A DNA stretch of 64,000 nt from Zoogloea sp. (GCF_009026175.1 NZ_WBTZ01000002.1), one strand, 5' to 3'. Positions 1-10,245 are shown, counted from the first letter of the stretch. Numbers and translations: made by a program. The notes: a model not told the origin generated them from the letters alone.

Positions 1-446
1 GCGCCGTTCGGGCTCACGACGGTGTTCACGTCGCCGATCTTCACCTCGCCGATCTCGGTCCACGCGTTGCCGACCAGCTCGCCTTCGACAAAGCGGTTGA
101 ACCACAGGGAGCGCTGGGGCGACGGAGGTGCGTTGAGGCGGTCCTCGACAAAGGCAAAATGGCCGCGCAAGGCTTGCGGCAGATTGGAGTCTGCCTCGGC
201 CAGTTCGATCAGCAGGCGCACCCACTGGGGCAGCGAGGCGCCGCCGCCGCCGAACTCGCGGGGCACGCGGATCGCGCCGAAGCCGGCCTTCTTGAGCCAT
301 TCGATGGGTTCGTAAGGTAGCCGGCGCGTGCGCTCGCGCTCGACGGCGCCTTCCGCGATGCGTTGGAAGATGGGCCGGAAGCGTGTTGCCAGCGCCTCGT
401 AGTCGGTGCCGGTGGACAGCGGGTTGTCCTTGCGGTTGTCGCTCAT
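1..446 (-). CDS. Acyl-CoA dehydrogenase-fold flavin-dependent monooxygenase (DszC/SfnC-like), N-terminal part; runs off the left edge
   Basis: Manual translation from ATG at 446 (not in ORF track): MSDNRKDNPLSTGTDYEALATRFRPIFQRIAEGAVERERTRRLPYEPIEWLKKAGFGAIRVPREFGGGG...ELAEADSNLPQALRGHF, a typical DszC-like N-terminus; lies directly downstream of sfnG. Confidence 0.85.
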   Translation of the reverse strand, partial: MSDNRKDNPLSTGTDYEALATRFRPIFQRIAEGAVERERTRRLPYEPIEWLKKAGFGAIRVPREFGGGGASLPQWVRLLIELAEADSNLPQALRGHFAFVEDRLNAPPSPQRSLWFNRFVEGELVGNAWTEIGEVKIGDVNTVVSPNG

Positions 447-479
447 GATGACTCGTCCTTTCTCGTCCAGGCCGCGCCT

Positions 480-1580
480 TCAGGCGGCGGCGAGTTCCTT
501 CTGACGGGCGGCCTCGAGCTCGCGGACCAGGGGGATGACGTGCTTGCCGAAATACTCGACCTCCTCCTGGAAATGCAGGAAGCCGGTGAGCACCAGGTCA
601 ACCCCGACGGCCTTCAGCGCGACGATGCGCTCGGCCACCTGGCGCGGCGTGCCGATGAGGTTGGTCTTGAAGCCGTCGTTGTACTGGACGAGATCCTCGA
701 AGCTGGATTTGGCCCAGTTGCCCTCCCCTTCCGGGCTGGCCTTGCCGGCCTGGGTCACCGCATCGCCGAAGGCGCGCACGGCTTCCGGATCAGCCTTGTC
801 GATGATCTCCTGCACCACTGCGCGGGCTTCCTCCTCGGTGTCGCGGACCACCACGAAGGCATTCACGCCGATCTTCACCTGGTGGTTGTTGCGCGCCGCC
901 TTGGTACGGATGTCATCCACCTGGGCCTTCACACCCTCGACGGTATTGCCATTGGTGAAATACCAGTCGGACACACGAGAAGCCATGTCGCGCGCCGCGC
1001 GGGAGCTGCCGCCCTGGAAGATCTCAGGGTGCGGCTTCTGCACGGGCTTGGGCTTGAGGGTGTAGTCGTGGAAGCGGTAGAAGTCGCCCTTCAAGGTGAA
1101 GTTGTCCTCGGTCCAGATGCCCTTGAGGGCCTGGATAAACTCCTCGGAGCGACGGTAGCGCTCGTCGTGTTCGAGCCACGGCTCACCGATTGCAGTGAAC
1201 TCGCCCTTGAACCAGCCACTCACGATGTTGACCGCGATCCGGCCCTTGGTGAGGTGGTCGATGGTCGCGATCTGCTTGGCCAGCACGGCCGGATGCCACG
1301 GCCCCGGCAGCACGGCCGCGATCACCTTGAGCTTGGTGGTGGCAGCCAGCAAGGCATGGGAAAAGGACACCGACTCGTGCTGGTATTCGGCACCGTAACC
1401 GGCCGTGAAGCGGATCTGCGACAGGGCGTAGTCGAAGCCCGCGTCTTCAGCGATCTGGGCCAGGCGGCGGTTGTAGTCGATGTCCCAGCTGGTGCGCTGT
1501 TCGATCTTGCTGACGACGAGGCCACCGCTGACGTTGGGAACCCAGTAGGCAAATTTGACGGGGTGGATGGATTGAGTCAT
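480..1580 (-). CDS. sfnG: Dimethylsulfone monooxygenase (luciferase-like, FMNH2-dependent)
   Basis: KFAYWVPNVSGGLVVSKIEQRTSW...ALSQIRFTAGYGAEYQHESVSFS signature; adjacent FMN reductase. Confidence 0.93.
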   Translation of the reverse strand: MTQSIHPVKFAYWVPNVSGGLVVSKIEQRTSWDIDYNRRLAQIAEDAGFDYALSQIRFTAGYGAEYQHESVSFSHALLAATTKLKVIAAVLPGPWHPAVLAKQIATIDHLTKGRIAVNIVSGWFKGEFTAIGEPWLEHDERYRRSEEFIQALKGIWTEDNFTLKGDFYRFHDYTLKPKPVQKPHPEIFQGGSSRAARDMASRVSDWYFTNGNTVEGVKAQVDDIRTKAARNNHQVKIGVNAFVVVRDTEEEARAVVQEIIDKADPEAVRAFGDAVTQAGKASPEGEGNWAKSSFEDLVQYNDGFKTNLIGTPRQVAERIVALKAVGVDLVLTGFLHFQEEVEYFGKHVIPLVRELEAARQKELAAA

Positions 1581-1622
1581 GGCGATTTACTCCCAGGCGA
1601 TAGGAAAAGTGAGCGTTTGAAT

Positions 1623-2198
1623 TCAGGCCGCGGCGCGGGTCTCGGCATCCCCGATCGCCTGGCGTTTCTGGATGAAGGGCAGCGCCCGGCGGGTGGCCAG
1701 CTCGATGCGGGCCTTGAGCAGTTCGCTGGACACCCGGTAGTTGCTGAAATCGGCTTCCGAGGCGTACACGCCGATGGGCAGGGTCAAGGCCTGGAAGAAG
1801 CTGAACAAGGGGCGGAATTGATGATCGATGACCAGGGCGTGGCGTTCGCTGCCGCCGGTCGCGGCAAACAGCACCGGCACATCGATGAGGGCCTCGTGAT
1901 GCACGAAGTCGAACAGGTGCTTGAACAGGCCGGTGAAGGTGGCCCGATAGACCGGACTACCGACCACCAGGAAGTCGGCGTTCTCGATGGCGCGGATATG
2001 GGCCGCGATATGCGGCGGGAGGTCGGCCGGATTGACCACGCTCCCGAGTTCGGCGGCGATGTCGGCGAGTTCGATCACATGCAGGTCGAACTGCACCTGC
2101 TGGCCCAGCGAGGCCACGATCTCGTCCACCAGGACGCGGGTACGGGAGGGCTTGTAAAGGCCGCCGGAGACGGCAACGATCTTGGGCTTATTGCTCAT
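1623..2198 (-). CDS. msuE: NAD(P)H-dependent FMN reductase, MsuE/SfnF subfamily
   Basis: VAVSGGLYKPSRT, VGSPVYRATFTGLFKHLFD and ATGGSERHAL motifs; start moved to ATG 2198 because the longer ORF start overlaps the promoter. Confidence 0.9.
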   Translation of the reverse strand: MSNKPKIVAVSGGLYKPSRTRVLVDEIVASLGQQVQFDLHVIELADIAAELGSVVNPADLPPHIAAHIRAIENADFLVVGSPVYRATFTGLFKHLFDFVHHEALIDVPVLFAATGGSERHALVIDHQFRPLFSFFQALTLPIGVYASEADFSNYRVSSELLKARIELATRRALPFIQKRQAIGDAETRAAA

Positions 2199-2268
2199 GG
2201 TGATTCTCCAGGGAATTGGTTTGCGGAGGATTTGAATTCGGCCGGTGGGGCGCGGGCAATTGATTGAT

Positions 2269-2284
2269 AGCAGCTTCCGTGCCA
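2269..2284 (-). promoter_or_regulatory. Sigma54 -24/-12 promoter for msuE-sfnG operon
   Basis: Minus strand TGGCACGGAAGCTGCT vs consensus TGGCAC-N5-TTGCW; 71 bp upstream of msuE ATG. Confidence 0.85.
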
Positions 2285-2431
2285 CGCCTTTATTTATCTC
2301 GTTAATTCACGAAAAGGCCGTTTTATTGCCAGAACATATGAATGAAACGGGGGATTCTTTTGAAATAAGGCTGCCTGACGGCCCTTTTTTCGATATGGCC
2401 CGGACGCCGGGAGGGGAGCTCGCCTTCAATC

Positions 2432-2531
2432 TGCTGCCCAGGAAGCACTCATCAAGCAATTGCTGCTTCCTGGGAGGCGCTTTCATTCAGGTGGGCATTT
2501 GATTGGTCATCGATGTGCTTCCTGATAAGCA
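2432..2531. promoter_or_regulatory. Two TGCT-N8-AGCA palindromes (2432-2447, 2516-2531); candidate enhancer sites
   Basis: TGCTGCCCAGGAAGCA and TGCTTCCTGATAAGCA; same motif found upstream of the other sigma54 promoters. Confidence 0.65.
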
Positions 2532-2577
2532 AATGCTCTTTTCCGATAAGGCGTCCATTTCCGGAAAATGCGTCTTC

Positions 2578-3261
2578 TCAGGCAAGATCGAGAAGCGCTT
2601 CACTGGGTGCGCGCTGGCGCGGGCGGGCCTCGAGTTGCTGGCGATATTCGATGAGCTGGGCGATGGTGATGATGGGAAGTGCGTGTTCCCTGGCAAAGCG
2701 CAGCAGGTCAGGACGGCGTGCCATGGCGCCATCGTCGCGGACGATCTCACACAGCACACCGCCGGGTCGAAGGCCGGCCAGGCTCACCAGATCGTGAGCC
2801 GCCTCGGTGTGCCCCGGACGCACCAACACCCCACCCTCCCGGGCGCGCAGCGGGAAGATGTGACCGGGGCGTGCAAAATCATCAGCCTCCACGGCGGGGT
2901 CGCTCAGCGCGCGCAGGGTGGCGGCGCGGTCGGCTGCAGAGATGCCGGTGGATGTGCCATGGCGATAGTCGACGGTGATGGTGAAGGCGGTACGGTGGGA
3001 TTCCGTGTTGTCGCGCACCATCAGGGGCAAGGCCAGGGCGTCGAGGCGCGCGCCCGGCAGGGCCACGCACACCACACCGCTGCTGTGGCGGACCAGGAAG
3101 GCCATTTGTTCCGGGGTGATCTTCTCCGCGGCGATGATGAGATCGCCCTCGTTCTCACGATGGGTGTCGTCCACCACGATGACGAACTGACCGGCACGAA
3201 TGGCCGCGATGGCGTCGCTTACGCGGCCGAAGCCGGCGGCGTGATCGATGATGTTCTGCAT
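2578..3261 (-). CDS. ribB: 3,4-dihydroxy-2-butanone 4-phosphate synthase
   Basis: DD..RENEGD, VCV, TGISAADR, RPGHIFPL, RPGHTEA and CE catalytic motifs all intact. Confidence 0.93.
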   Translation of the reverse strand: MQNIIDHAAGFGRVSDAIAAIRAGQFVIVVDDTHRENEGDLIIAAEKITPEQMAFLVRHSSGVVCVALPGARLDALALPLMVRDNTESHRTAFTITVDYRHGTSTGISAADRAATLRALSDPAVEADDFARPGHIFPLRAREGGVLVRPGHTEAAHDLVSLAGLRPGGVLCEIVRDDGAMARRPDLLRFAREHALPIITIAQLIEYRQQLEARPRQRAPSEALLDLA

Positions 3262-3275
3262 GATGAAAGTTGGGT

Positions 3276-4484
3276 TCAGGAGTAGAAGGAAGGTGTCGGA
3301 TGACTGCCGTTGAGCGCCCAGTCGCCAAGCTCGCGGACCTTGTAGGCCACCGGGTCGTGCAGGGAATGGGTCCGCAGGTTGCGCCAGTAGCGGTCAAAGC
3401 GCAGGGATGCCGTGGTGGCCCGGGCCCCTGCCACCTCGAACATGCGGCTGGTCAGGTCGAGCCCGACGCGGGTGGTCGCCACCTTGGCGCTTGCCACATG
3501 CACGGCCACCTCACCACGCTCCGCTTCCTTCAGATCCAGGTCGCGGACCCAGGCGGCATCCAGCGCGTGGGCTGCCCGGTCGGTCAGCAGGCGGGCCCCC
3601 TCCACGCCGACCCAGAACTCACCGTAGGTCGACAGCACGTAGGGATCCTTGCCCGCCGAGTCGACCCCGGCGGCGGGCCAGGCCCGGCTCTGGCCCAGGG
3701 TGTAGCGGCGGGCTTCCTCGAGGGCGCCCTCGGCGATCCCCAGGTAGATGTTGGAGAGGATCAGCTGGGCGATGAGCGGACGCAGGCAGGCGAAGGGAGA
3801 GCTGAGGGGGCCCGGCTCGGCCAGCACTTCGCTGCGGGCGATGCGCACCCGGTGGAAGGCGGCACTGCCGCTGTCGGTCTGGCGTTGCCCCATGTTGTCC
3901 CAGTCCGGGAAGAGCTCGATGCCGGCGCGGTCGGTGGGGAGTGCCGCGATGATCAGCTTGCCGCTTGCCGGGTCGACCCCGGAAGCGATCAACATGTCCG
4001 AATCAATCGCCCCGGAGCAAAAGCTCTTCCTGCCATCGAACTCGAATCCGCCGTCGTCCTGGCGTGTTGCCACGGTGCGGGTGTCCAGCGGATTGAGCGC
4101 ATTCCCCCAGAACCAGTCCTTCCCGGCAGTCTGCTCGAAGAGCGGGCGCCACTGGGACGGGTTGCCAAACAGGCGAATCGTGGCCAGCAGCAGGTGCTGA
4201 AAGGCAAAGACGTGGGCGACCGAGCTGTCTGCACGGGCAATCTCACGGACGATCTGCAAGGTATCGGCCCATGTCGCCCCAAGGCCGCCCAGTTCGCGCG
4301 GCACGATCAAGCCGAGCAGGCCGCTCTGGCGCAAGGCATCGCGTTCGGCCTTCGGGGTTCCACCGGTCTTGTCGCGCTCGACGGCGCTTTGAGCGAAGTG
4401 CTCGGCCAGTGCGCGGGCGATCGCCAGCGGGCTGGCGGCGGCACGGGCGTACTTCGCCTCCGGGACTTCTAGCAGGCTGTGCAT
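3276..4484 (-). CDS. Acyl-CoA dehydrogenase-fold flavin-dependent monooxygenase (DszC/SfnA-like)
   Basis: [42 protein letters not shown] and [14 protein letters not shown] motifs. Confidence 0.88.
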   Translation of the reverse strand: MHSLLEVPEAKYARAAASPLAIARALAEHFAQSAVERDKTGGTPKAERDALRQSGLLGLIVPRELGGLGATWADTLQIVREIARADSSVAHVFAFQHLLLATIRLFGNPSQWRPLFEQTAGKDWFWGNALNPLDTRTVATRQDDGGFEFDGRKSFCSGAIDSDMLIASGVDPASGKLIIAALPTDRAGIELFPDWDNMGQRQTDSGSAAFHRVRIARSEVLAEPGPLSSPFACLRPLIAQLILSNIYLGIAEGALEEARRYTLGQSRAWPAAGVDSAGKDPYVLSTYGEFWVGVEGARLLTDRAAHALDAAWVRDLDLKEAERGEVAVHVASAKVATTRVGLDLTSRMFEVAGARATTASLRFDRYWRNLRTHSLHDPVAYKVRELGDWALNGSHPTPSFYS

Positions 4485-4567
4485 GGTGTTCTTTCTGTTG
4501 TGAGCATGTCGGTTGGCATGAGCACGCGGCGGGTGTGGGACCGCGATACAGCGCTCTGCCCGTCTTC

Positions 4568-4583
4568 AGCAGATTGCGTGCCA
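4568..4583 (-). promoter_or_regulatory. Sigma54 promoter for monooxygenase-ribB operon
   Basis: Minus strand TGGCACGCAATCTGCT; 84 bp upstream of ATG 4484. Confidence 0.85.
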
Positions 4584-4624
4584 CTGCCGGAGTCCGTCAA
4601 AAGACGGCCCGATGCCTGCGCACA

Positions 4625-4817
4625 TGCCTTTCCATGAGCAGCGCTGCGGATGTAGTGCTTGTAGAGCAGCACCTCATGCGGATGAACAGCGAAAGCCATG
4701 TCAAATCCGTGAGAGGGCACTGGTCAGCGGGTGGTCTGGCCCTGAACTGCTCCCCGGCAAGCACAACTGCCCGGCTTTTGCTGCGCATGTAGCAATGAAG
4801 ATGCTGCCTGGCCAGCA
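4625..4817. promoter_or_regulatory. Cluster of TGCT-N8-AGCA sites between divergent sigma54 promoters
   Basis: Perfect sites at 4656-4671, 4748-4763, 4779-4794 and 4802-4817; one-mismatch site at 4625-4640. Confidence 0.75.
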
Positions 4818-4846
4818 GAACGTTGCTCCCGGGTACGTTTTGGGTA

Positions 4847-4862
4847 TGGCACGCTTTCTGCA
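4847..4862 (+). promoter_or_regulatory. Sigma54 promoter for monooxygenase-sfnR-ribB-like operon
   Basis: TGGCACGCTTTCTGCA. Confidence 0.85.
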
Positions 4863-4900
4863 GAGGGTCTCCGTGTCACCCTGATCGCGGAGCCTTTGCC

Positions 4901-6111
4901 TTGACCCAAGTCTTGAACACGCTGCTCGACCTGCCCGGCGGCACGGTTTCACCGGAACCTCCTGAGCAGATCGCCCGGCGCCTCGCCGAACAATTCGCTG
5001 CCACGGCGGCCGAGCGGGATAGCCTGGGCGGAACGCCCAAGGCGGAGCGGGATGCGCTGCGCCAGAGCGGGCTGCTGGCCCTGTCCATTCCAGTCGAGTA
5101 CGGTGGCCTGGGCGCAAACTGGCGCGAGACCCTGGATGTCGTGCGCATCCTGTCCAGCGCAGACAGCTCCATCGGACATGTCTTCGCCTTCCAGCATCTC
5201 ATGTTGGCAACGGTGAGGCTCTTTTCCCGGCCGAGCCAGTGGGAAGCCTGGTTCGAGCAGACGGCCCGCCACAACTGGTTCTGGGGGAATGCCGTCAATC
5301 CGCTGGACCGTCGCACCGTCAGCCGGAGCCAGGACGGCTGGTACGAGTTTTCCGGGAAGAAGAGCTTCTGCTCCGGTGCGCTCGATTCAGAGATGCTGGT
5401 TGTTTCAGCCTATGCCCAGGACACGCCGCAACAGCTCGTCATCGCCGCGGTGCCGACCGCCCGCAGCGGCATCAACGTGTTGCAGGACTGGGACAATTTC
5501 GGCCAGCGGCAGACCGACAGTGGCAGCGTGAATTTCGAAAGGGTGCGCATCGAGGAGAAGGAGATCCTCGCCGATCCGGGACCGCTGAGCACGCCCTTTG
5601 CCTGCCTGCGCCCGCTCATTGCGCAGCTCATCCTCACCAACATCTACGCCGGCATTGCCGAGGGTGCCTACACGGAGGCCCGTCGCTACAGCCTCCATGA
5701 GGCACGGCCCTGGCATCGCTCCCCGGCCAAGCGTTTCGAGGACGACCCCTATGTGCTGCATCACTACGGAGAGTTCTGGGCGGCGCTCGACGCGGTGCGG
5801 GTGATGACCAACCGGGCGGCGGACCTGCTTGACGCGGGCTGGAACAAGGGAGGGCGCCTGACCGAGGACGAGCGGGGAGACATTGCGCTGGCGATCTCCT
5901 CGGCCAAGGTGCTGGCGACGCGGACAGGGATGGACCTCTGTACGCGCATGTTCGAGGTGACGGGCGCACGTGCCACCCATGCCGGGCTGGGGCTCGACCG
6001 CTATTGGCGCAATCTGCGCACGCACACCATGCACGACCCGATCGATTACAAACTTCTGGAGCTAGGTGAATGGGCCTTGAAGCAACACTACCCGAAGCCG
6101 ACTTTCTACTC

Positions 6112-6115
<4 letters not shown>
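4901..6115 (+). CDS. Acyl-CoA dehydrogenase-fold flavin-dependent monooxygenase (DszC/SfnA-like), paralog of 3276-4484
   Basis: [33 protein letters not shown] and [14 protein letters not shown] motifs; TTG start at 4901 after GGAG, since the ORF-track start lies upstream of the promoter. Confidence 0.88.
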
Positions 6116-7272
<1,157 letters not shown>

Positions 7273-7324
7273 ATGGCCCGAAGCGGCCACTCTCTTGATA
7301 ACCCCCAGACATGAATGGTGCGAC

Positions 7325-7948
7325 ATGGTGACGCTATCCAGCCCCGCGCAATCCCGCCTTCCCGATCCTGGCGCGGCCCTCGCCGCCTACCGGGACGGAG
7401 CGGTGACCGTGCTTGCATCCGATCCGCTGCGTCCGGGCAGCGCCTGCCTGCTCGCTGCCCTGGAAACCCTGCGGCCTGAAACCCTGAGCCAGTTGCGGAG
7501 CCTGACCCGTGGGCTGATCAGCGTACTGCTGCCTGATCGTCAGAGGTATGGCGTCCGGCTCTTCCTGTCCTGTGAGGGCCAGGCGGCGGATCTCTCCAGC
7601 CATTCCGGCGCGGAGCCCGGCGTGGGCAGCAATGCCGCCCTGTGTCCTCTCCTGCATGGGCTTGTCTGCAATCCCTGCGAGGCGGAACGCCAGGCAGCAG
7701 CCTTCGGTGATCCCTTTGTCACCCTGAGTGGCGCCGGCACCCTGAGCTGGCCGGATAGCGAACGTGTGGTGAGTACGCTCGCCGTCCGCTTCGCTCTGGC
7801 CGACGCAGCCCTGATCTGTTCGCTGCACGATTCCCGGGGGCGCTGTCTCCACGGCGACGAAGTGAGTGAATTCGCAGCCGCCCACGGCCTCCCTCTTCTC
7901 TACCCTGACGATGTCCTCCGCGGTGTGCGCCTGCACGCAGCAGGGTAA
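7325..7948 (+). CDS. RibB (DHBP synthase)-fold protein lacking catalytic residues; probable pseudoenzyme
   Basis: Colinear with RibB 2578-3261 (ALAAYRDGAVTVL ~ AIAAIRAGQFVIV; ALICSLHDSRG...FAAAHGLPLL ~ VLCEIVRDDG...FAREHALPII), but RENEGD, GHTE and CE are absent; uninterrupted 207-aa ORF. Confidence 0.65.
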   Translation: MVTLSSPAQSRLPDPGAALAAYRDGAVTVLASDPLRPGSACLLAALETLRPETLSQLRSLTRGLISVLLPDRQRYGVRLFLSCEGQAADLSSHSGAEPGVGSNAALCPLLHGLVCNPCEAERQAAAFGDPFVTLSGAGTLSWPDSERVVSTLAVRFALADAALICSLHDSRGRCLHGDEVSEFAAAHGLPLLYPDDVLRGVRLHAAG

Positions 7949-8004
7949 GTGACTGCTCCTGCTGGTAACTCTCCTCCGCGCGGGGGGGACCCGGTCCTTT
8001 CATC

Positions 8005-8032
8005 AGGCGCCTGCTATGGCGCCTTTTTATTT
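8005..8032 (+). terminator. Rho-independent terminator
   Basis: AGGCGCC-TGCTAT-GGCGCCT followed by TTTTATTT. Confidence 0.75.
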
Positions 8033-8060
8033 GTTGAGAGTGCTTCCCCATGCCACGGGT

Positions 8061-8076
8061 TGCTGCCTCAAAAGCA
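8061..8076. promoter_or_regulatory. TGCT-N8-AGCA site
   Basis: TGCTGCCTCAAAAGCA, 80 bp upstream of the sigma54 promoter. Confidence 0.65.
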
Positions 8077-8156
8077 CTTGTCCAGCATGGGTGTGTCTGG
8101 GCCCGCAACAAGCACCGGATTCAGCAATATACAAAAGGGGATTTTGGCGAAAATCC

Positions 8157-8172
8157 TGGCCCGCTTTATGCT
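8157..8172 (+). promoter_or_regulatory. Sigma54 promoter for ABC operon 1
   Basis: TGGCCCGCTTTATGCT with correct GG/GC spacing. Confidence 0.7.
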
Positions 8173-8298
8173 TATTGAAGCTGAAGGGGTTCGGTAAATG
8201 AATTCCAGAATAGAAAGTCCGGAATGAAATGAAATTTCGAAAATGGAATTTCGAATAAGGATTTTCGTTTCGTTGCATATGAACAGGAATTGCCAAGA

Positions 8299-9450
8299 AT
8301 GCACACCTTGAACAAGGCCCTTTCCTCCAGCAATAGCCCCGACACGCTGCCGGCCCATTTGTGCGAGCAGGCGCGACTGCAGCCCCGGACTGTCGCCCTG
8401 CGCTTCAAACGGCTGGGCATCTGGCACGAGAAGCGCTGGCCGGATCTGCTCGCCGAGGTGGCAGGCGCAGCCGCGGCGCTGCAGACCGACGGTTTCGGCA
8501 ATGGAGACGTGCTGGCCTTGCTTGGCCAGCCCTCGCCCGAGGCCGTGGTCATGTTGCTGGCCGCCCAATGGCTGGGAGGTGTCGTTGCCCCCCTCGCTCT
8601 GGATGCCGAACCCGAGGCCCTGGCGTCGGCGCTCATCGGACTGCGGCCCTGCATCGCCTTTGGCGACGACCAGGAGCAGGTGGATCGCCTGCTGGCGGCG
8701 GGCTTCTCCGGCAAGAGGCTGATCTATGCCGATGCCCGCGGCCTGCATGCCTACCGGCAGACGGTGTTGGCCAGTTACGGTGAGTGGCTGGCAGCTGCGC
8801 CCGACGGGTCTGCGTACCCACACTGCGTGGCCCGGGATGTTGCGCTGCGCTACCACGTCGCAGGTGGGTGGGACGACGGGCCGGTGTGCCGCATCACCCA
8901 CGCCGAGATCCTGGACGGCGCCCGCCGGCTGATCGCGGCAAGCGGGCTGAACGTCGGTGAGGAGGCTTTCGCCGGGAGGCGTTTTGCGCCGGCGGGCGTG
9001 GTTCGCTACCTGCTCGCCCCCTGGTTGCTTGCAGGCTTCACCCTCAATATCGCCGAAAGCCCGGAGAGCCGCGATCCGGATCGACGGGAGATCGGCCCGA
9101 GCCTGATCCTCGGATCGGCCGAGACCTACGCCCGGCTGCGCAGCCGGATCCAGGCCCGTCTGCCGGCTTCCCGGGACGGTTGGCGCGGACGCCTGGTGTC
9201 TGCGGCGCTCCACTCCCGGAGTGGGCTTTTGGCGCGCATCCTGGTGCGGCGCCCCCTGGCCGAGGTGGCCGGGCTGGGCCGGGTGCGTCACGCCCTGGTG
9301 GTCGGCCCGGCGCCGGATGCCGACCTGACCGAGTTCTTTGCCCGTCTGGGCGTGAGCCTGAGACGCTGGCCGGACGCGGCCTGCCTGCCGCAGAACAGGC
9401 CGCCCGAGCATGATCTGGCCAGCCTCCTGAACGTATGGGTGGCGCCATGA
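8299..9450 (+). CDS. Truncated, degenerate long-chain acyl-CoA ligase-like (AMP-binding fold) protein
   Basis: N-terminus VALRFKRLGIWHEKRW and ESPESRDPDRREIGP are typical of ABC-associated ligases; the P-loop region reads YHVAGGWDDG instead of YTSGTTGxPKG; ends where the YGxTE motif should be; 383 aa. Confidence 0.75.
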   Translation: MHTLNKALSSSNSPDTLPAHLCEQARLQPRTVALRFKRLGIWHEKRWPDLLAEVAGAAAALQTDGFGNGDVLALLGQPSPEAVVMLLAAQWLGGVVAPLALDAEPEALASALIGLRPCIAFGDDQEQVDRLLAAGFSGKRLIYADARGLHAYRQTVLASYGEWLAAAPDGSAYPHCVARDVALRYHVAGGWDDGPVCRITHAEILDGARRLIAASGLNVGEEAFAGRRFAPAGVVRYLLAPWLLAGFTLNIAESPESRDPDRREIGPSLILGSAETYARLRSRIQARLPASRDGWRGRLVSAALHSRSGLLARILVRRPLAEVAGLGRVRHALVVGPAPDADLTEFFARLGVSLRRWPDAACLPQNRPPEHDLASLLNVWVAP

Positions 9451-10229
9451 GTGCGTTATCCGCCTCAGCACTATTGCTGGCGGTCGAACACGTGTCCCTG
9501 TCCTTTGGCGGCGTCAAGGCGGTCACCGACATCTCCTTCTCGGTCCCGCGTGGCGAGATCTGCGCCCTGATCGGCCCCAATGGTGCCGGCAAGAGCTCCC
9601 TGCTCAATGTGATCAACGGGGTCTATCGGCCGCAGGGCGGGCGCGTGGTGTACGACGGCCTGGTGACCTCCCGATCGGCCCCTCGCCAGGCAGCCCTCGG
9701 AGGCATCGCGCGAACCTTCCAGAACGTGGCCTTGTTCAAGGGCATGAGCGTGCTCGACAACGTGCTGACCGGCCGCAACGTGCGGGTCGGGGCGGGTTGG
9801 ATCGAGCAGGTGCTGGGCCTGCCCCGCGCCCGCGCCGAGGCGGATCTGCATCGGCACAGGGCCGAGGAAATCCTGGCCTTCCTGCACATCCAGGCGCATC
9901 GCGACACACCTGTCGGCAAGCTGCCCTACGGTCTGCAGAAGCGTGTCGAACTGGCCCGGGCCATCGCCTCAGAGCCACAACTGCTCCTCCTCGACGAGCC
10001 GATGGCCGGCATGAACCTCGAGGAGAAGATGGACATGAGCTGCTTCATCCTCGACATCAACCGCGACCTGGGGACCACGGTGGTCCTCATCGAGCACGAC
10101 CTGGGCGTGGTGATGGACATTTCAGACCACGTGGTGGTGCTCGATTACGGCCGCAAGATCGCCGACGGCCCGCCGGCCCGGGTACGCGACGATCCGCAGG
10201 TCATCGCCGCCTACATCGGCGCCCACTGA
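9447..10229 (+). CDS. LIV-type ABC transporter ATPase (LivG-like)
   Basis: GPNGAGKS, LPYGLQKRVELARA and LLDEP motifs; ATGA overlap with the upstream gene. Confidence 0.93.
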   Translation: MSALSASALLLAVEHVSLSFGGVKAVTDISFSVPRGEICALIGPNGAGKSSLLNVINGVYRPQGGRVVYDGLVTSRSAPRQAALGGIARTFQNVALFKGMSVLDNVLTGRNVRVGAGWIEQVLGLPRARAEADLHRHRAEEILAFLHIQAHRDTPVGKLPYGLQKRVELARAIASEPQLLLLDEPMAGMNLEEKMDMSCFILDINRDLGTTVVLIEHDLGVVMDISDHVVVLDYGRKIADGPPARVRDDPQVIAAYIGAH

Positions 10230-10245
10230 ACGCTGGAGTCAAGAC

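Noticed and set aside
2257-2269. IHF consensus match (CAA-TTGA-TTGATA) at the msuE promoter
   Set aside because: It lies at or downstream of the -12 element rather than between enhancer and promoter; probably a chance match in an AT-rich patch
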